A stretch of 64,000 nt of DNA from Macrostomum lignano. Lineage: Eukaryota. This document shows positions 36,301-48,852 of this stretch, one piece after another. A program made the translations under genes and the position numbers. The stretch is from assembly GCA_002269645.1 (NCBI GenBank), contig NIVC01001205.1:272038-336037 (forward strand), read 5' to 3'. The first letter of the stretch is position 1. Each line of letters begins with the position of its first letter. The notes below the pieces were generated by a model. The model was not told the DNA's origin and did no database searches. It was given only the letters and a program-made list of their open reading frames with translations.

Positions 36301-36474
36301 CTAAAAATAACCCTATTTCTCATTCCAATTATTTCGGCCCTCGGCCTTGGTTTAGGGGGGTGTACCTGGAGTGAGTGTGTACTCTGGACTGCAGTGTGGC
36401 TAGAACGGGACTTGAGCCCCCCGGTCGTACCCGCCCTGCAGAAAAGAATGACCATTCACGAAGGTGTACGGTAG
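33395..36474 (+). mobile_element. Ty3/gypsy copy C (same family as B): RT 5' fragment, internal deletion, RNase H, integrase and long C-terminal tail
   Basis: AQKEFLDQHVAQMLEQG...FPLPLIEESFDSLA (with stops) is joined directly to PLAYPDLS. RNase H 33610-34110 is near-identical in motifs to copy B. Integrase ORF 34178-35986 has the zinc-finger CTVC, core HVDHAGP/SDNGTAF/GKADRMIQ and a GPY-like GQY. Confidence 0.9.
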
Positions 36475-36616
36475 AGCCCAGTTGATGCCAGCCCTGAGGC
36501 TAAGCCCCGGGTAGCAGGGTCCCCCACCTGCTAGTAGGGTTCAGGTGTTCCTCCGTCCTGTTTTTATCCCCAGTTTTTATCAGTTTTATTTTAATGTAAG
36601 GCCTTTAAATGCCGCT

Positions 36617-37406
36617 TTAATCTTCCGGAGTTATGAGCTCTGCCCTCCCTGCCCGGTCCATCCTGCTGTCCTTGGTCCATCTGCTGGCTCCTCTGGTTGT
36701 CTCCCTGCCTAAGTGTCTGGCTCTCATCCTGACAGTGGATTGGTGTCCTGGGGAATGAGTTCGTCCCGAATCGGGGATACCGGCTGAGTCCGGGTCCTCT
36801 TGCTCATTGTGCCCCTTCCCGACCCCTTGGACTGGCCTCCAATATAGTGATACCCTTGTGGCTTGCAGCCCCATAGGTAGTAGCAATATCCTGCCTGATA
36901 GGAGACTCGCCCTCGGAAACAAGCCTTCCAGACTCACTCCAATAGTTAAGCCATTTCCGTAGACTTCGGGGTTTCCCCGCTCTCGGACCTCTTTCAGTAG
37001 AACCCAAGCTTTTTTCGCTTTTTCCAATTTTTCTGCGCACTCCCGAGGACTTGTTTGCTGGGTGGTGGCCTGGGTGGACTCGGTCCTAGAACCGTCCCTG
37101 ATTCCACCAATATTGGGTTGGCGGTGTCTTGTACCTCCGTAGGTTTGGGCTAGTAGCACAAATACACTTGCTCTCACCAGAGTCCTGAGCTCTGGTCCCA
37201 ATCGTGGCCTCTCGGGCTACATGCCCCTGGCAGTATGGCCCACTGATAGATCCCTGCGGTAGAGCCCCCTTTCGGGCTGATCCGCGGCAAGCCCCTGGCT
37301 TTTCACCCCCGTTTAAGAAGATAATTTTGTTAAGGTACACGTTTCCGGTGAAATGAAGGGTCATGTGTAAAATACTTAAGTACTTTAATATAGTTCCGGC
37401 GGGCAA
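36617..37406 (-). CDS. Putative antisense accessory ORF of copy C (frameshifted), product unknown
   Basis: Overlapping stop-free minus frames 36617-37201, 36804-37040 and 37086-37406. A minus-strand AATAAA at 36585-36590 lies 26 nt after the stop. No family was recognised. Confidence 0.35.
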
Positions 37407-38485
37407 ACTTTGTAGAGCCTGATCTAACAGCTTTTGCTGTGACTGCTGCTACAGGCGTGAGAAGCTTCTGGCTTATTTCACCGGCCCGCGTCGCCACCCG
37501 CCCCGCTGAGAGGCACCCTCAGTCGAACTGATCAGCACTCTCACTTGACTAACTGTGTATCGCAGTTTAATCTAAGGACACTATAATTTTACATTTTCGT
37601 TGTATTTGCTGTGTGCGAAAATTTCTTACAATACGGTTCTTTTGCATTAATGTGCCTTTTTAATACTTAATATACTGGTTATTGTTGTTTATGCTGTGAG
37701 TTTCTCAAACCGTGTAGTTGTTAGCTTCTAACTATTCTACAGTATGTGAGTTCTATATTACTATGACAATTGGCTCAGTTTAATATGATGGATGGTGGAT
37801 GAGTGAATCTTGGTTAATGTAAGGGTGAAAGGAGATCAGATTAGTGACAATGACTTACTAAGTAGCTGTGTAGATAAAAAAGTCGCGCTGGGTGGCTCGA
37901 TTAGGCATGCCAATCTGTGTAGCTCGCAGCCGATCAGCTCCCATCATCAGTGGCGCCATTATGTAGTGGCCGGCGAAGCACATCCCCACCGACAAGGGAC
38001 CGCCTCGAGGCTCCCTGACTGGCCGGAGGGGCCCGGGCCTTGCGAAATACTAGACCTCTATACGGTGGACCTTCCGTTGCTGCGTTGCATCATGGTCTCA
38101 TCCTCTTGTCCTCTCCCCTAGCCTCCCGGGGCCCTGCCCTTGGCTGGGTGCTGTCAGCTCCCTCTAAATCAAAATCAAAATTAAGTAGCTGATTAACACC
38201 TGCCGACTGACACTACTGTCCCGTGACTTCTGTTCAAACTGCGACTATAGTTAAGCTAGCTGCTGATTTCAGAGTTCAGTATTCTATTACGAAACGTGCA
38301 GGTTTCTTTAATCCTTATGCCAAAGCAAGGTATACAAACACTCTACGAAATAAATATAGGTATTAAATATTTAAATTTTAAATATATATATTAATTTAGC
38401 GGCTTGCGGAAAAATGAAGTTGCAAGCGAGAAAAGTAAGAGTTTATTAGCTTTACGCGTCAGGCATAAATAAGCTCGCGATCACA
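37364..38485 (+). mobile_element. Possible 3' LTR of copy C
   Basis: Purine-rich GAAATGAAGGG then TCA|TGTG at 37364; the end CTCGCGATCACA resembles the LTR end GTCGCGTCACA of copy B. No paired LTR is available to confirm it. Confidence 0.3.
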
Positions 38486-41400
38486 TGGGGAGGTGCGCCA
38501 AAAAGGTGGCACGACCCCCCTCCGACTTAGCATATTGACAGTCTGTCCGAGTACACCCACCCCCAGCTTGGTGGGCAGGGGGTTTCAGTGCAGATGTACT
38601 CACAATTGCTGGCTGCGTGCTGATTGGGCTGCCACAATAAACAATTTATTTATTTATTTATTAATGGGCAGCATGAAAGTGAATAGCATAAAATATAATT
38701 AGATAGTTTGAGCAACAAGAGATATACACTTAGGGAATATTAATTTATCCTGTTGTTTGGTGAAATGGAATTATTTCGGCCTCCAAATCCTGTTAGGCAT
38801 TGGCTCGTTCAGCCAGCGGCTTCGAAATTCCGCCGATTTTCAAGTCAACGCGCTTCCAACTTCTCCTATGGGTTGTGCCGGACCACAGTTGTCTCCCTAG
38901 CAACACATTTCCGGCAAGGTTGACTCGCACCAGGATTGTAGAGCTATATGTCAGCCTCTGGAAAAAATATAGTACGCAGTTATATGCAATAGAAGATAAT
39001 ATAGTAATTAAAATGTAAATACTACCAATTGGGAACTGGGTAATGAATAGTAGAACGTAGTGATTTATGGTAATATAGTAAAAAAATTAGAGTAGAGAAA
39101 AATGAGAGTAACGCAGCATTATATAAATTATTTTGTTTCCCAGAAAAAACAGCAAAATGAAATTGGTAAATAAACGCCTAGTTATGACAGTGCCAGCGGT
39201 GAAGCTGCGGAGGCGGCGGCGGCGGCAGCGGCAGCAAGCGCGTCTTCGACTGCGGCAGCGGCAGTCAGCGTCGGCGGTGCAGCGGAGACGACGACAAAGA
39301 CGACAACCATGTCAGCTGAGGAGGCGATCGCGGCGGGTAATGCACTGCGGCATTCCTCGCTATTGGCGCATTATTCGATCGATGCTCCGTTGTCCAGCAG
39401 CTGCGTGTAATCCAGTCTTTGTATTGGAATGATGCAACAAACGTGCGCAACCCAGCCTGACGGCCATCTTGACGCCCTCATTGACACCTTTTTGCTGATC
39501 TTGTCGGTCAGCTCAAAGATGACAGCAGCAGCAGCCGCCGCTGCCGCCGCCGCTAAGAGCTGTCCAGTCGTCGAGCCGCGAGATTTAGTCTTCTGCTTAG
39601 CCAACCCAACGACCGCCGCAACGGAGGTTCGAGCCACCAGCACAGTTATAAAGCCACTGCGATGCATCTGCTGCGCGTCCGGCCATGGCGCGGTCTCCGC
39701 GTAGCTCACCTCCGGCCGAGTAGCGCCAGTCGGTGCAACAATCCTGACAATGGCTATTCGACCATCCAGCTGAATGGTCGCGAGGTTAGTCATAAGAAAA
39801 TATAGTCTGTTGGCTGCAGCGTTCTTACAGTGCCGACCTCATTCATGAGGTCGCTGCTGCTCACCTGGCAAAACGGCCGTCATTGCAACGGCATCGTCGG
39901 CGTCGCCAACTCGCCGGTTTAGCTGTGCACCAACCGAGGAAAACGGATGTCGGTTTTCACCTTCAGCCAGGCGTTTGCGCCAAAATCACGCCAAAACGAT
40001 ACTTTGTCGTTCCGGCGTCTGCCCGAATATATTTCGGAGCTCCAAGCTGGACATTGTGGCTGGCGGGCGGCCGGAGTTGGTTGATCAGTCAGCGGCGCTA
40101 TTTGAAACCTCGGGCCAACGCCATGCTGAACAATCGGACGGTCATTCAAGCCACCGTCGACAAGCTGGTACTTCAGCGAGCATCGTCAGCCAAACCTGCT
40201 GCTGCTGCTGTTACCGACGCTGCTGCTGGAGATCGCAAGCGACGCCGACGCAGTAAAGATTATCCGAGGTGGGCACCGTTTATTTATAGCCACCAGGAGC
40301 ATCGACGGAAACTTCTAGAACATTCTGAGCATTATAACAAAACAAATATTAACTATTGATTCCTATTAGATTTGCATTATTGTAGTACTGCCTTACTGTA
40401 ATAAATAATACATTCAATATTCATAAATGCGAGCATTGAAATTAGTTAATGTAAGAGAACTTTTTAGAATTTAATTTGTACTCTACGGGGAAATTTAAAT
40501 AATTCCTAATGCATCGAACTTTCGCGAAGGTCACTACACATTCCCTAGTTTTAAAATACATGGACCAATACAATTTTGATATTTAAATACAGATTGTTTA
40601 ATTGAATTTTCACTACCAACCATCAGGGCGATGGCTGACAACTTTCAGGCTCCGATCAACACGATGAACATGCTGAGCTGCTGGATGCAGCAGTGCCTTA
40701 CACTAGCCAGCCGCGACAGCCGCCTCATCTGCGGGTTTCAGCCAGGTGCTGCATCAAATCGAAAAAGAGTGAGTTTCCCAGATCCCGATCCTCAGATCAT
40801 AAAACGTTCCCACCCGCTTTCTCAATTCACTTTCAGCAATATTTATTCTGCACCAAAAAGCCTCTGGTGTGATCATGTAAAACATGTAAAACATACTTGT
40901 AAAACAACTGTACTTCTAACTGTATTTTGTTTTTGCACTGATGACTAATTGTGCATTTTTATTAATCGCATGGTAAAACGGAAAATATTTTCATTGATAT
41001 GATGGGGGAATCGCGATTTACAGCTGTAATATTTTTCAGCTAGCGTTTCAGCACTATAATAATTTGCAGTTGCGCTAACGTTGCGAAAATTACCTTCGCA
41101 AATCTATTCAATCCAGCCTGTCTTCGTTGATATTGTAATTAATTTTTGCATAATCCTTAGGGCTGAGCAATTCTCGTACTCGTAGAACCGTGTCCGGCCT
41201 GGCTAGAAATCGAACTTTCAGCATGCGAAACGGCCACCTGCCCAGTCATCATTTTGCTAGTTCAATAATACGCGTGAAGTAGCAAAGAAGCAACGTAAAA
41301 TATTCGTTGAAGGTAGGTGACACATCATTGTCTGAAAATCATTAACTTTTTATAACGCATTAAGCCAAAAGGCTAAAAATAGGATGTTTTCCAGTTTCCT

Positions 41401-41899
41401 ACCACATTACTATAAACTTTCTTAAATCAGATATTGGGTGATATTTTATTGAAAAAGGTTGACTCGCACCAGGATTTTAACTGTGTGAGCATCTGGAAAA
41501 AATATAGTACGCAGTTATATGCAATATAAGATATCTACATGTACCTCAATCCAAGCCATCAGAGCCATCGCCATGAAAAACAGATGCAAGATGAAATCTT
41601 TGCAAAACACGTGCCAGCAGGCTGCTAAGTGATTTGGCTGACAGCGTCTTTTTGCTGAAGCCGTGAAGACGAAGCTCCCGCAGGTTTGGGCAGCATGTCC
41701 TGCATCTCTGTCCGCAGGCTGAGGCAGGTGAGGCTCGCCGATGTGGCCAGCAGCAGTGGTAGCCGCAAAAGTGGATCGGCTGTCGACTGCCCTTGTGTGG
41801 GTGTCTTATAGCTCCTTATAGCCCCCTATGCTTCTTAATAAGATGCTTTTTCAAGCTCTTTTAACTGACATATTATGGCAAAATGGGCACAAAAGGATC

Positions 41900-42110
41900 C
41901 CTAGATTTCCTTTTCCGCGAGTTGTACTGGCTTTAGCTTCATACAGAGTAAGCAATTTGATCGCTTTTAGCCTTATTTCGCACTTAGGTTATGTACTGAC
42001 TGACAATGCTGCACTATTCTATCCCCCCGAACTTTGAAAGAGCAGAGCAGGCATGTGCGTATTGCACCGTGACCTCCGCGCTTACCTCACCTCTCGAGGA
42101 CGTGGCAGCA
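41900..42110 (+). pseudogene. Eroded tyrosine-recombinase fragment (DIRS-like)
   Basis: VLALASYRVSNLIAFS and CVLHRDLRAYL resemble DIRS YR motifs LLALASAxRVSEL and CPVRALRxYL. An in-frame stop lies between them. Confidence 0.35.
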
Positions 42111-43371
42111 ATTTCCTGATTCTTAGGGAAAATCATCTAATATTTGTCTCAATTCTGGATACATGCCTTCTGAGACAGCAATAAAAATCACACAAGGTGG
42201 GTCCGACAAGTTAGGAGCACCTTCCTCAAATAATTGCTCTAGAAACCCACCTTTCACCATATTACCGGGCGGCGCGTTAGTAGTTATGGGCACATCGTCA
42301 GCCGACAGATCGAGATCGACTGTGAGTGCTTCCAAGTAGGGCACGCGAGCTAGGGTAGAATCTTGCGCCTTGACGATGTGACAGATCGTGGGCACCTCAA
42401 ACACCTCAGATACATGAAGCATGGGCACCTCATCAGCCGACATTCATAGCGATGTCGGGCACAGAATCAGGCGCGTCGGACACCTCAAAATTCATAGCGA
42501 TTTCGGGCACAGTAGACAGAGCAGGGCCAAATTTATCCAAAAACCAAGAAGTAAGGGAAGCAGTATCATCTTCCATAGTTACAAATATAATGAGGAAAGT
42601 CTCATAAGTCTGGAAAAATTGTAACGGTTTAGGTCTGGGAGAGCAGGCTTCTAGACAGTTGTTTTCGCTTATTCGGGCATAGGGGTTTTGGAAGCCATAG
42701 ACAGTCTATGGCATAGGGGGTTTGGGAGCCATAGAAAGTTGTTTACGCTTATTCGGGCATAGGGGGTTTGCGAGCCATAGACTATAGACCACAGACGATG
42801 GACATGGGCTATATAAACGAGTGCGCAGATGAAAAATGGAACTATGCCTGTATATGCCTGAATATACTATTCTTGTTTATCGCTTGAGTTCATTTTTTAT
42901 TTTACTTGACTTTGTAACAGGTAGGATTTTGTGTCCATCCTGCCTGCACCTTCTGCTCACGTCGGATAACAAAGAATTGAACTCGAAGCACGGTTTTCTG
43001 GGCCCAGGCTGCTGCAGCCTACAGCCCAGCCGAGGCAATGGCAATGCCTTTAGGCCCGCAGATGCGGGCGAGAGGAAAGTGAAGCGAGCGCCTCCACTGT
43101 CTCTCCTTTTTATTTAAAAAATAAGCATACGCGTGGGAACGAAAATTCTTATGGTACATAGAAAAAATGAAAATTGCGCAGTAGTTTAGGTGCAGCCGTC
43201 CTTTGCAAATATGACTGCATTTTATGCAGCTCATAGACTTGATTTGTAATTAAATCAACTAAAACAAGCTTGCTTATTATTTATTATAAAATTTATTTGT
43301 TTGTCTACTTGTATATTTTTGTTTGTCTTGTCTTGTCTTGTTTGTTTGTTTGTTTGTCTACTTGCCTCATT

Positions 43372-46300
43372 ATGTCTTCTTTGAATAATGAAGTTGATGT
43401 TGTATACATCGACGCTTTTAATGATATCTGTGCCGATAATAGCAATCCGCCGCGGCTATGGCTGAGACTATGGCCGAGGTTATGGCAAGCGCCAAGACTG
43501 ATGCTATTGTTCCCGCGGAGCAATCCACCGAGGCGTAGTCCCCTGCCTCGAAATCCAAAAAGCGTCGTTATCGGCGACGTTCAAAGGAGACACAGCGGGC
43601 CAAGGAGGACTTGACCAAAGGTGTGACTGCAACGTTGCCGAGCACGGCGCTCAAGCGCAAGGCCAACTTTAAAGCTGCTGTACAAGAAGCCAAGAGGCTG
43701 CTGCATGATGGTGAGCAGGCCAGCCAATCCGGCCGAAGCACAACTGCTGGCTTTACAACGCTGCGCTATCAGCGTCAGCAGCGGCAGCGCTAAGTGCTCA
43801 ACGTTCTCAATGCCGACAGCCCGGAACGCGCCTAAGTTGTGTTCGGTTTCAAATGTGGGCTTCCGCGCCACAAATTTTTCGTATAGAAAGATAGAAGACA
43901 TGATTTAGCAGTAGCAGCAGCAGCAGAGAGCTCTCTGACAGCCGTGCAGCGCCTTATATACCCCCGGATGGAGGGTGGGGTGATTTTTGATGATTTTGGT
44001 TGGTTCCTGGCGATTTGACCAATAACAGGCGAGCTGAGCAGGTTTTTTTTAGTATATATACAGACCCCCAGAACAAGGATAGAGAGATAATCCTTCTCTC
44101 TCCGCTCTCTCACGCTCTCTGTTTGCAAAAATGTCAAAACGCAGCGCAGCACCAACTGCTTTCCTGGCTGACAAGAGGCAGCGTCTTTATGGTAAGTTTT
44201 AATTAACATCTGGCCAGTTGTTTATCAGTCTAGACGGGTTTCGGGTTGCTGGGGTGGGGTACCGTTTAGAATTAGTAGGGGTGAGCTGCTGCGACAGCTG
44301 CAGGGTTTCGCGCTGACTAGACTAGAGTTGCTAGGGCTAGCGCCGATATGCTGCTGCGCGCGGCTAACAAAGACTTGCTTGAGCTGCTGCTAGGGTGCGG
44401 TGATAAAGAATGCGAGCTGCAAGGGTTAGCGAGGGGGTTGTCTGGACAAGTTTCAGCTGGGGGGTATGCTGTTAATAAGAAATTGGCGGGGTCTTTAGCA
44501 AAAACAGATAATCGTTGGGGTGCTGTGACAGAGTTGCTGGGGAGGACTAGACATGTTTCAGCAGGGTTAGCAGCAACAGCTGCAGGGTCTGTGGGAATTG
44601 GCGAAGCAGGAGGGGTGCAGCAGAGGCTTGGCGCAAACAAAGACTGATAAGATTTTGCCGCGGGTAGGGGTGCTGCTACAAAGAGCTGCCAGGGTTTAGC
44701 GCTGACTAGACTAGAGTTGCTGGGAGGCTAGCGCTGCTGCTGTTGGATTAGGTTATTGATAAGAAATTGCTGCTAGGGTGCGGCGACAGGGGGTTAAAAA
44801 ATTGCAGGCTCGTGCACAAGAGGTTAGCAGTGCTGTGACAGCTGCATACGGAGGGGCTGGCGGAAACTCCAGAGCCGGCTGTGAGAGTTGGAGGGAGCGG
44901 GGAAACACGCTGGGGCAGGGGTCTAAGGAATTGACAGATTCTTCTGGTTTTTTTTATCTCCTTGTGTTTTTTCAGACGCATTTGCCCCGCCTGTACAGCC
45001 AGAATCTGTTACCGGACCGGGTGAGTTATCTAGCCCCCCATTCTCCAGACAGACCCACGGGCTGACTCACTCTCATTCATTCCCTGCAGGTTTTACGGCC
45101 CGGCTGGATAACCAGCGGGAGCTGCCAAAGTTTAGGGCAAAGGGCGTTGAATATGTGGTGAAGTTAGACGACACAGTGATTTACGCGAGACATTCGCTAG
45201 TATGCTCGAGGTGTTTAAGCAGGATTTGGCGGGGGATGATTTTATGGCTGCAAAGTTTGAGAACGACAACATGCTTAAAGCGGCGCATACTCCTCCGGTG
45301 CGTGCAGCCCGCATGACGGCGGAATTGCTGTTCAAGCACATTGACAAGATTGTGCAGTCGGATGCCACTGTCCTGACGAGCAACTTTTCCATCCGTCTGC
45401 TCAAGGCCTGGGTGCCTCGAGGTGGCTGCGCCCTCGAGAACAAGCATCTGGAGGAGCGCCATGCTTTCTCGCGCCACTATGTCCGCATCACCAACACGGA
45501 CAAGAGCTGCCTGCTGCGAGCTCTGGTCGTGGCATGCGCCTATCTCCAACTTGTGGCCAAGGCGATCACCAAGAAAGTGTGGCAAACAATCAAGGCCAAT
45601 TCGTCCGCCCAGACTAATCTAGCTACAGAGCTCCAAATTGAAGTAGGCCTCTACACGATAAGTTATGCACGGATTTTCATGAAATTTTTACCATAAGGCT
45701 TACTAAAAAAATCATACTCTGAAGAGAATTTCAAATAATTTTTACACAGTATCATGGAATACTAAAAGAACCATTTTCTGATAGGAATTTTAACTAATAT
45801 GCATAGTATCAGGGATTACTAAAAGAACCATTTTATGGATTACTAATATACTTTTATACATATCAGGGATTACTAAAAGAATTGCCTTACCCCCCCCCCC
45901 CCTACACAGACTCTTCAAACTGTCTCGCAGACCGGCCCTTTCGGGGTGGACGTACTGCCGAGGCGATCCTGGCCCTGAACCGCTTGCATCCTGGCCACGA
46001 TTTTGGTGTACGGGTGTACAGGGCAGAGGAGGCCAACACGTGCATCTTCAACCTGCCCGGCACCGAGATTCTGCACCTACACCTGGTTGAGCAGCACTTC
46101 AATCTGGTCACCCGGTTGCCAGCGTTTTTCGGCTCCATGCACTACTGCTCCAAGTGCGAGATGGCCTACGACTGCACCAACGCCGAGCACAAGTGCGCCA
46201 ACGCCTGCAGCACATGCAAGACTCCAGGTGCCAACTGCAAGGCTAACCGCGTATATGTGAGATGCCATGATTGCGGGCTAAATTGTTATAATGCTCAGTG

Positions 46301-47670
46301 TCTAGAAAATCACAAGCGCAAGAATAAGGCGGGTAGATCTCGCTGTGATTCAGTCTACGTTTGCGGCACGTGTGGCTATCTAGAAGAGCTAAAAGTAGGC
46401 CAGGCTCCAGAGAATCAGTGTGGTCACGTTAAGTGCCCAGTCTGCAAGCAGTACGATGAAACTGCCACCCACGAGTGCTTTGTCACCCCGCCTAAAGCTT
46501 AAGAGTCTAGCGCGCCGTACGTTTACTAAGATTTCGAGACGTACGTTGACTCTGACAAGCAGCACCGGGTACACTTGGTCACAGCAGCCACATCCGTGTG
46601 AGGCGTGTCCTAAACTCTTCCCAGGCCCCGCTGCTGCGCGTGTGGGGGGTTGCACAGCTCAGCCAATTGCATTGCGGGGCGCGATCTGGCACGAGATTTT
46701 ACTGCCTGTCTCCCACAATGACTGTGCTTGCGGGATGCGAGAGTTTGTTTCAGTTGGGCCGCACTGAATTGACGCCTTTTACTGCTGGCTGACTAGTATG
46801 TTCAAGCAGGGCGCTATTGCTATTGCACACAATGGCTCTGCGTATGACGCATTCCTCCTGCTCGGAGCCCTACTCAACGGACTGGCCAAGAAGCCGCAAG
46901 TGATCTTCCAAAACAGCCGCCTAATGTACATGAAGAGCAATAAGATTTTATTCAAGGACAGCCTCAAATTCATCCCTATTGGTCTGGCGCAAATCCCAAA
47001 GGCGCTTGGTTTTGGCACCCAACTAACCAAAGGAAATTTCCCGCATGTGTTTAACCAGCCGCAAAACTGGGGCTACGTGGGGCCTTACTGCTCGATTGAA
47101 ATGTACGGCGGGAAGAAGAATAAGCAGCACGACTCCGTCGCAGACTGGCTGGCCAAGCAGGAGGGCCAAGTGTTTAATTTCAACAAGGAGTACCTGGACT
47201 ACTGCCTGCAGGAAACTCTAATTTTGCGGGAACGCTGTCTTAAATACACCCGCCTGATTAAGAACATTTGCGGACTGGACGCATTTGCCCAATCCAACAC
47301 CATTGCGGGCTTGGCCATGGCAGTATTCACAAAAGTTTATGGAGCCCACTAAACACTCTTGGGGTGATTTCCCGCCGGTCAGATGAGCAGTCGTACAATG
47401 CGCGGTGCTGGCTTGCACATTTGAATGCAACCGAATTTGGCGGCAGTCTGCTGACAGCCGACTCTGGCGGCGAGGCTTTCGCCATGGGCCGTAAGGTGGA
47501 CGGTTTCGACCGGGAGACTATGACAGTGCTCCACTCCAGTTTCATGACTGCTTCTACCATGGCTGTCTTAAGCGCTTCCCCAACGGCGACGTGCTGCACC
47601 CGCTTAAGAACCAGCCAATGCGGGCAATTTATGAGGAGACTGAGCGCTTTAATCGGCTGCTCTCCACTGT
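43372..47670 (+). mobile_element. Polinton/Maverick protein-primed DNA polymerase B remnant (pseudogenised, 3' truncated)
   Basis: N-terminal IDKIVQS...PRGG...ITNTDKSCLLRALVV; Cys/His-rich region YCSKCEMAY...HKC...CHDC...HECF; exonuclease motifs DFET, AHNGSAYD, FKDSLKFIPIGLAQIPKAL, KGNFPHVFN, DYCLQ; endonuclease-like insert KVDGFD...FHDCFYHGC. Multiple stops and frameshifts; the polymerase domain is missing. Confidence 0.9.
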
Positions 47671-47992
47671 CCTGTCTTATCTCTCCTCTCTAGTAAAAAT
47701 CCTGCGATCTTGGGCAAAAATATTTAGAATGTTAGTTACATCAACTTAGCTATATTGAAGTCATACAAAGTGAGGTTTATTTTTAGATGTCATTTTTACT
47801 CATCTCACAAAAGTGAAAGTTTGTTTTCACAATAACTAATTTTAAACTCAATTGGAGATGTTTTCCCTTCAGTTTATACTGAGCCCCAACTGGGCTCCCC
47901 CATCCTGAAACCTCTGGACGCGTCCCTGTATAGGCTCCATAGGCCCACAGTTAATTGGAGGCTGATACCGAAAGTGTGAGTTTGGGCCATTG

Positions 47993-48321
47993 TCATCCAC
48001 TTTTCTCTCTCCCACTGTTTCTGGTGCTCTCAAAGCACACAAATTCTTCCTCTACACAAGCAATATATTGAACACAGATCTCTGGATCCAGGAGGTTCGC
48101 ACTGAGTATCTGAGTGACCTGCGAGACAACTAGAAAGAGTAGGCTACTAAAAGTAGTATGAGTGGAACATGTGCACTATGGTTTCTAGACATCACTAGCA
48201 TCATGTTTAAGGGGACGAAATTCATCATTATAGTTTCAAGATGGCGCGAAAAAATGGTCCCTTTCCACTCACACCTCTGGTTTCTTTTCCAGATGGATAC
48301 AGCGCCACCGTCGCCAACGCC

Positions 48322-48352
<31 letters not shown>

Positions 48353-48390
48353 CATTCGGCGCCTAGGAAGCAGTGGTCTAAGGCTGACAA
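47993..48390 (+). repeat. Dispersed repeat module ending in a splice-acceptor/ATG poly-proline segment; copies at 47993-48390, 53502-53935 and partial 56765-56870
   Basis: Near-identical about 300-bp blocks (CATCCACTTTTCTCT...CTGGTTTCTTTTCCAG ATGGAT) followed by CCG/CCA repeats. Confidence 0.9.
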
Positions 48391-48439
48391 TTAGTTAAAG
48401 TTAGACTGACGCTAACAATTTGCTTTTGTTTGCTCTCAG

Positions 48440-48817
48440 ACTAACTTGTCTGTGTCTTAGTGTCTCAGTGTCTGTCTTAGTATGTCTTAGTGTCTGTCTG
48501 TCTGTCTGTCTGCCTGTCTGTGTCTTAGTGTCTGACTGTCTGTCTGTCTGTCTGTGTCTTAGTGTGTATGTCTGTCTGTCTGTGTCTTAGCGTCTGTCTG
48601 TGGGTCTTTCTATGTCTTAGTGTCTGACTGTCTGTCTGTCTGTGTCTGTCTGTCTTAGACTAGCCTAGTCTTAGACTAACTTGTCTGTGTCTTAGTGTCT
48701 CAGTGTCTGTCTTTGTCTGTCTTAGTATGTCTTAGTGTCTGTCTGTCTTAGTGTCTGTCTGTCTGTCTGTGTCTTAGTTTCTGTCTGTCAGTCTGTCTGT
48801 CTGTCTGCGTCCTAGTG

Positions 48818-48852
<35 letters not shown>

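Noticed and set aside
35892-36455. 187-aa minus-strand ORF
   Set aside because: It is the codon-aligned antisense shadow of the GC-rich plus-strand tail; no independent signal.
39133-39432. Arg-rich protamine-like ORF (similar ones at 53721 and 51038 as printed)
   Set aside because: These arise from GCG/CGG/CAG triplet runs read in an arbitrary frame.
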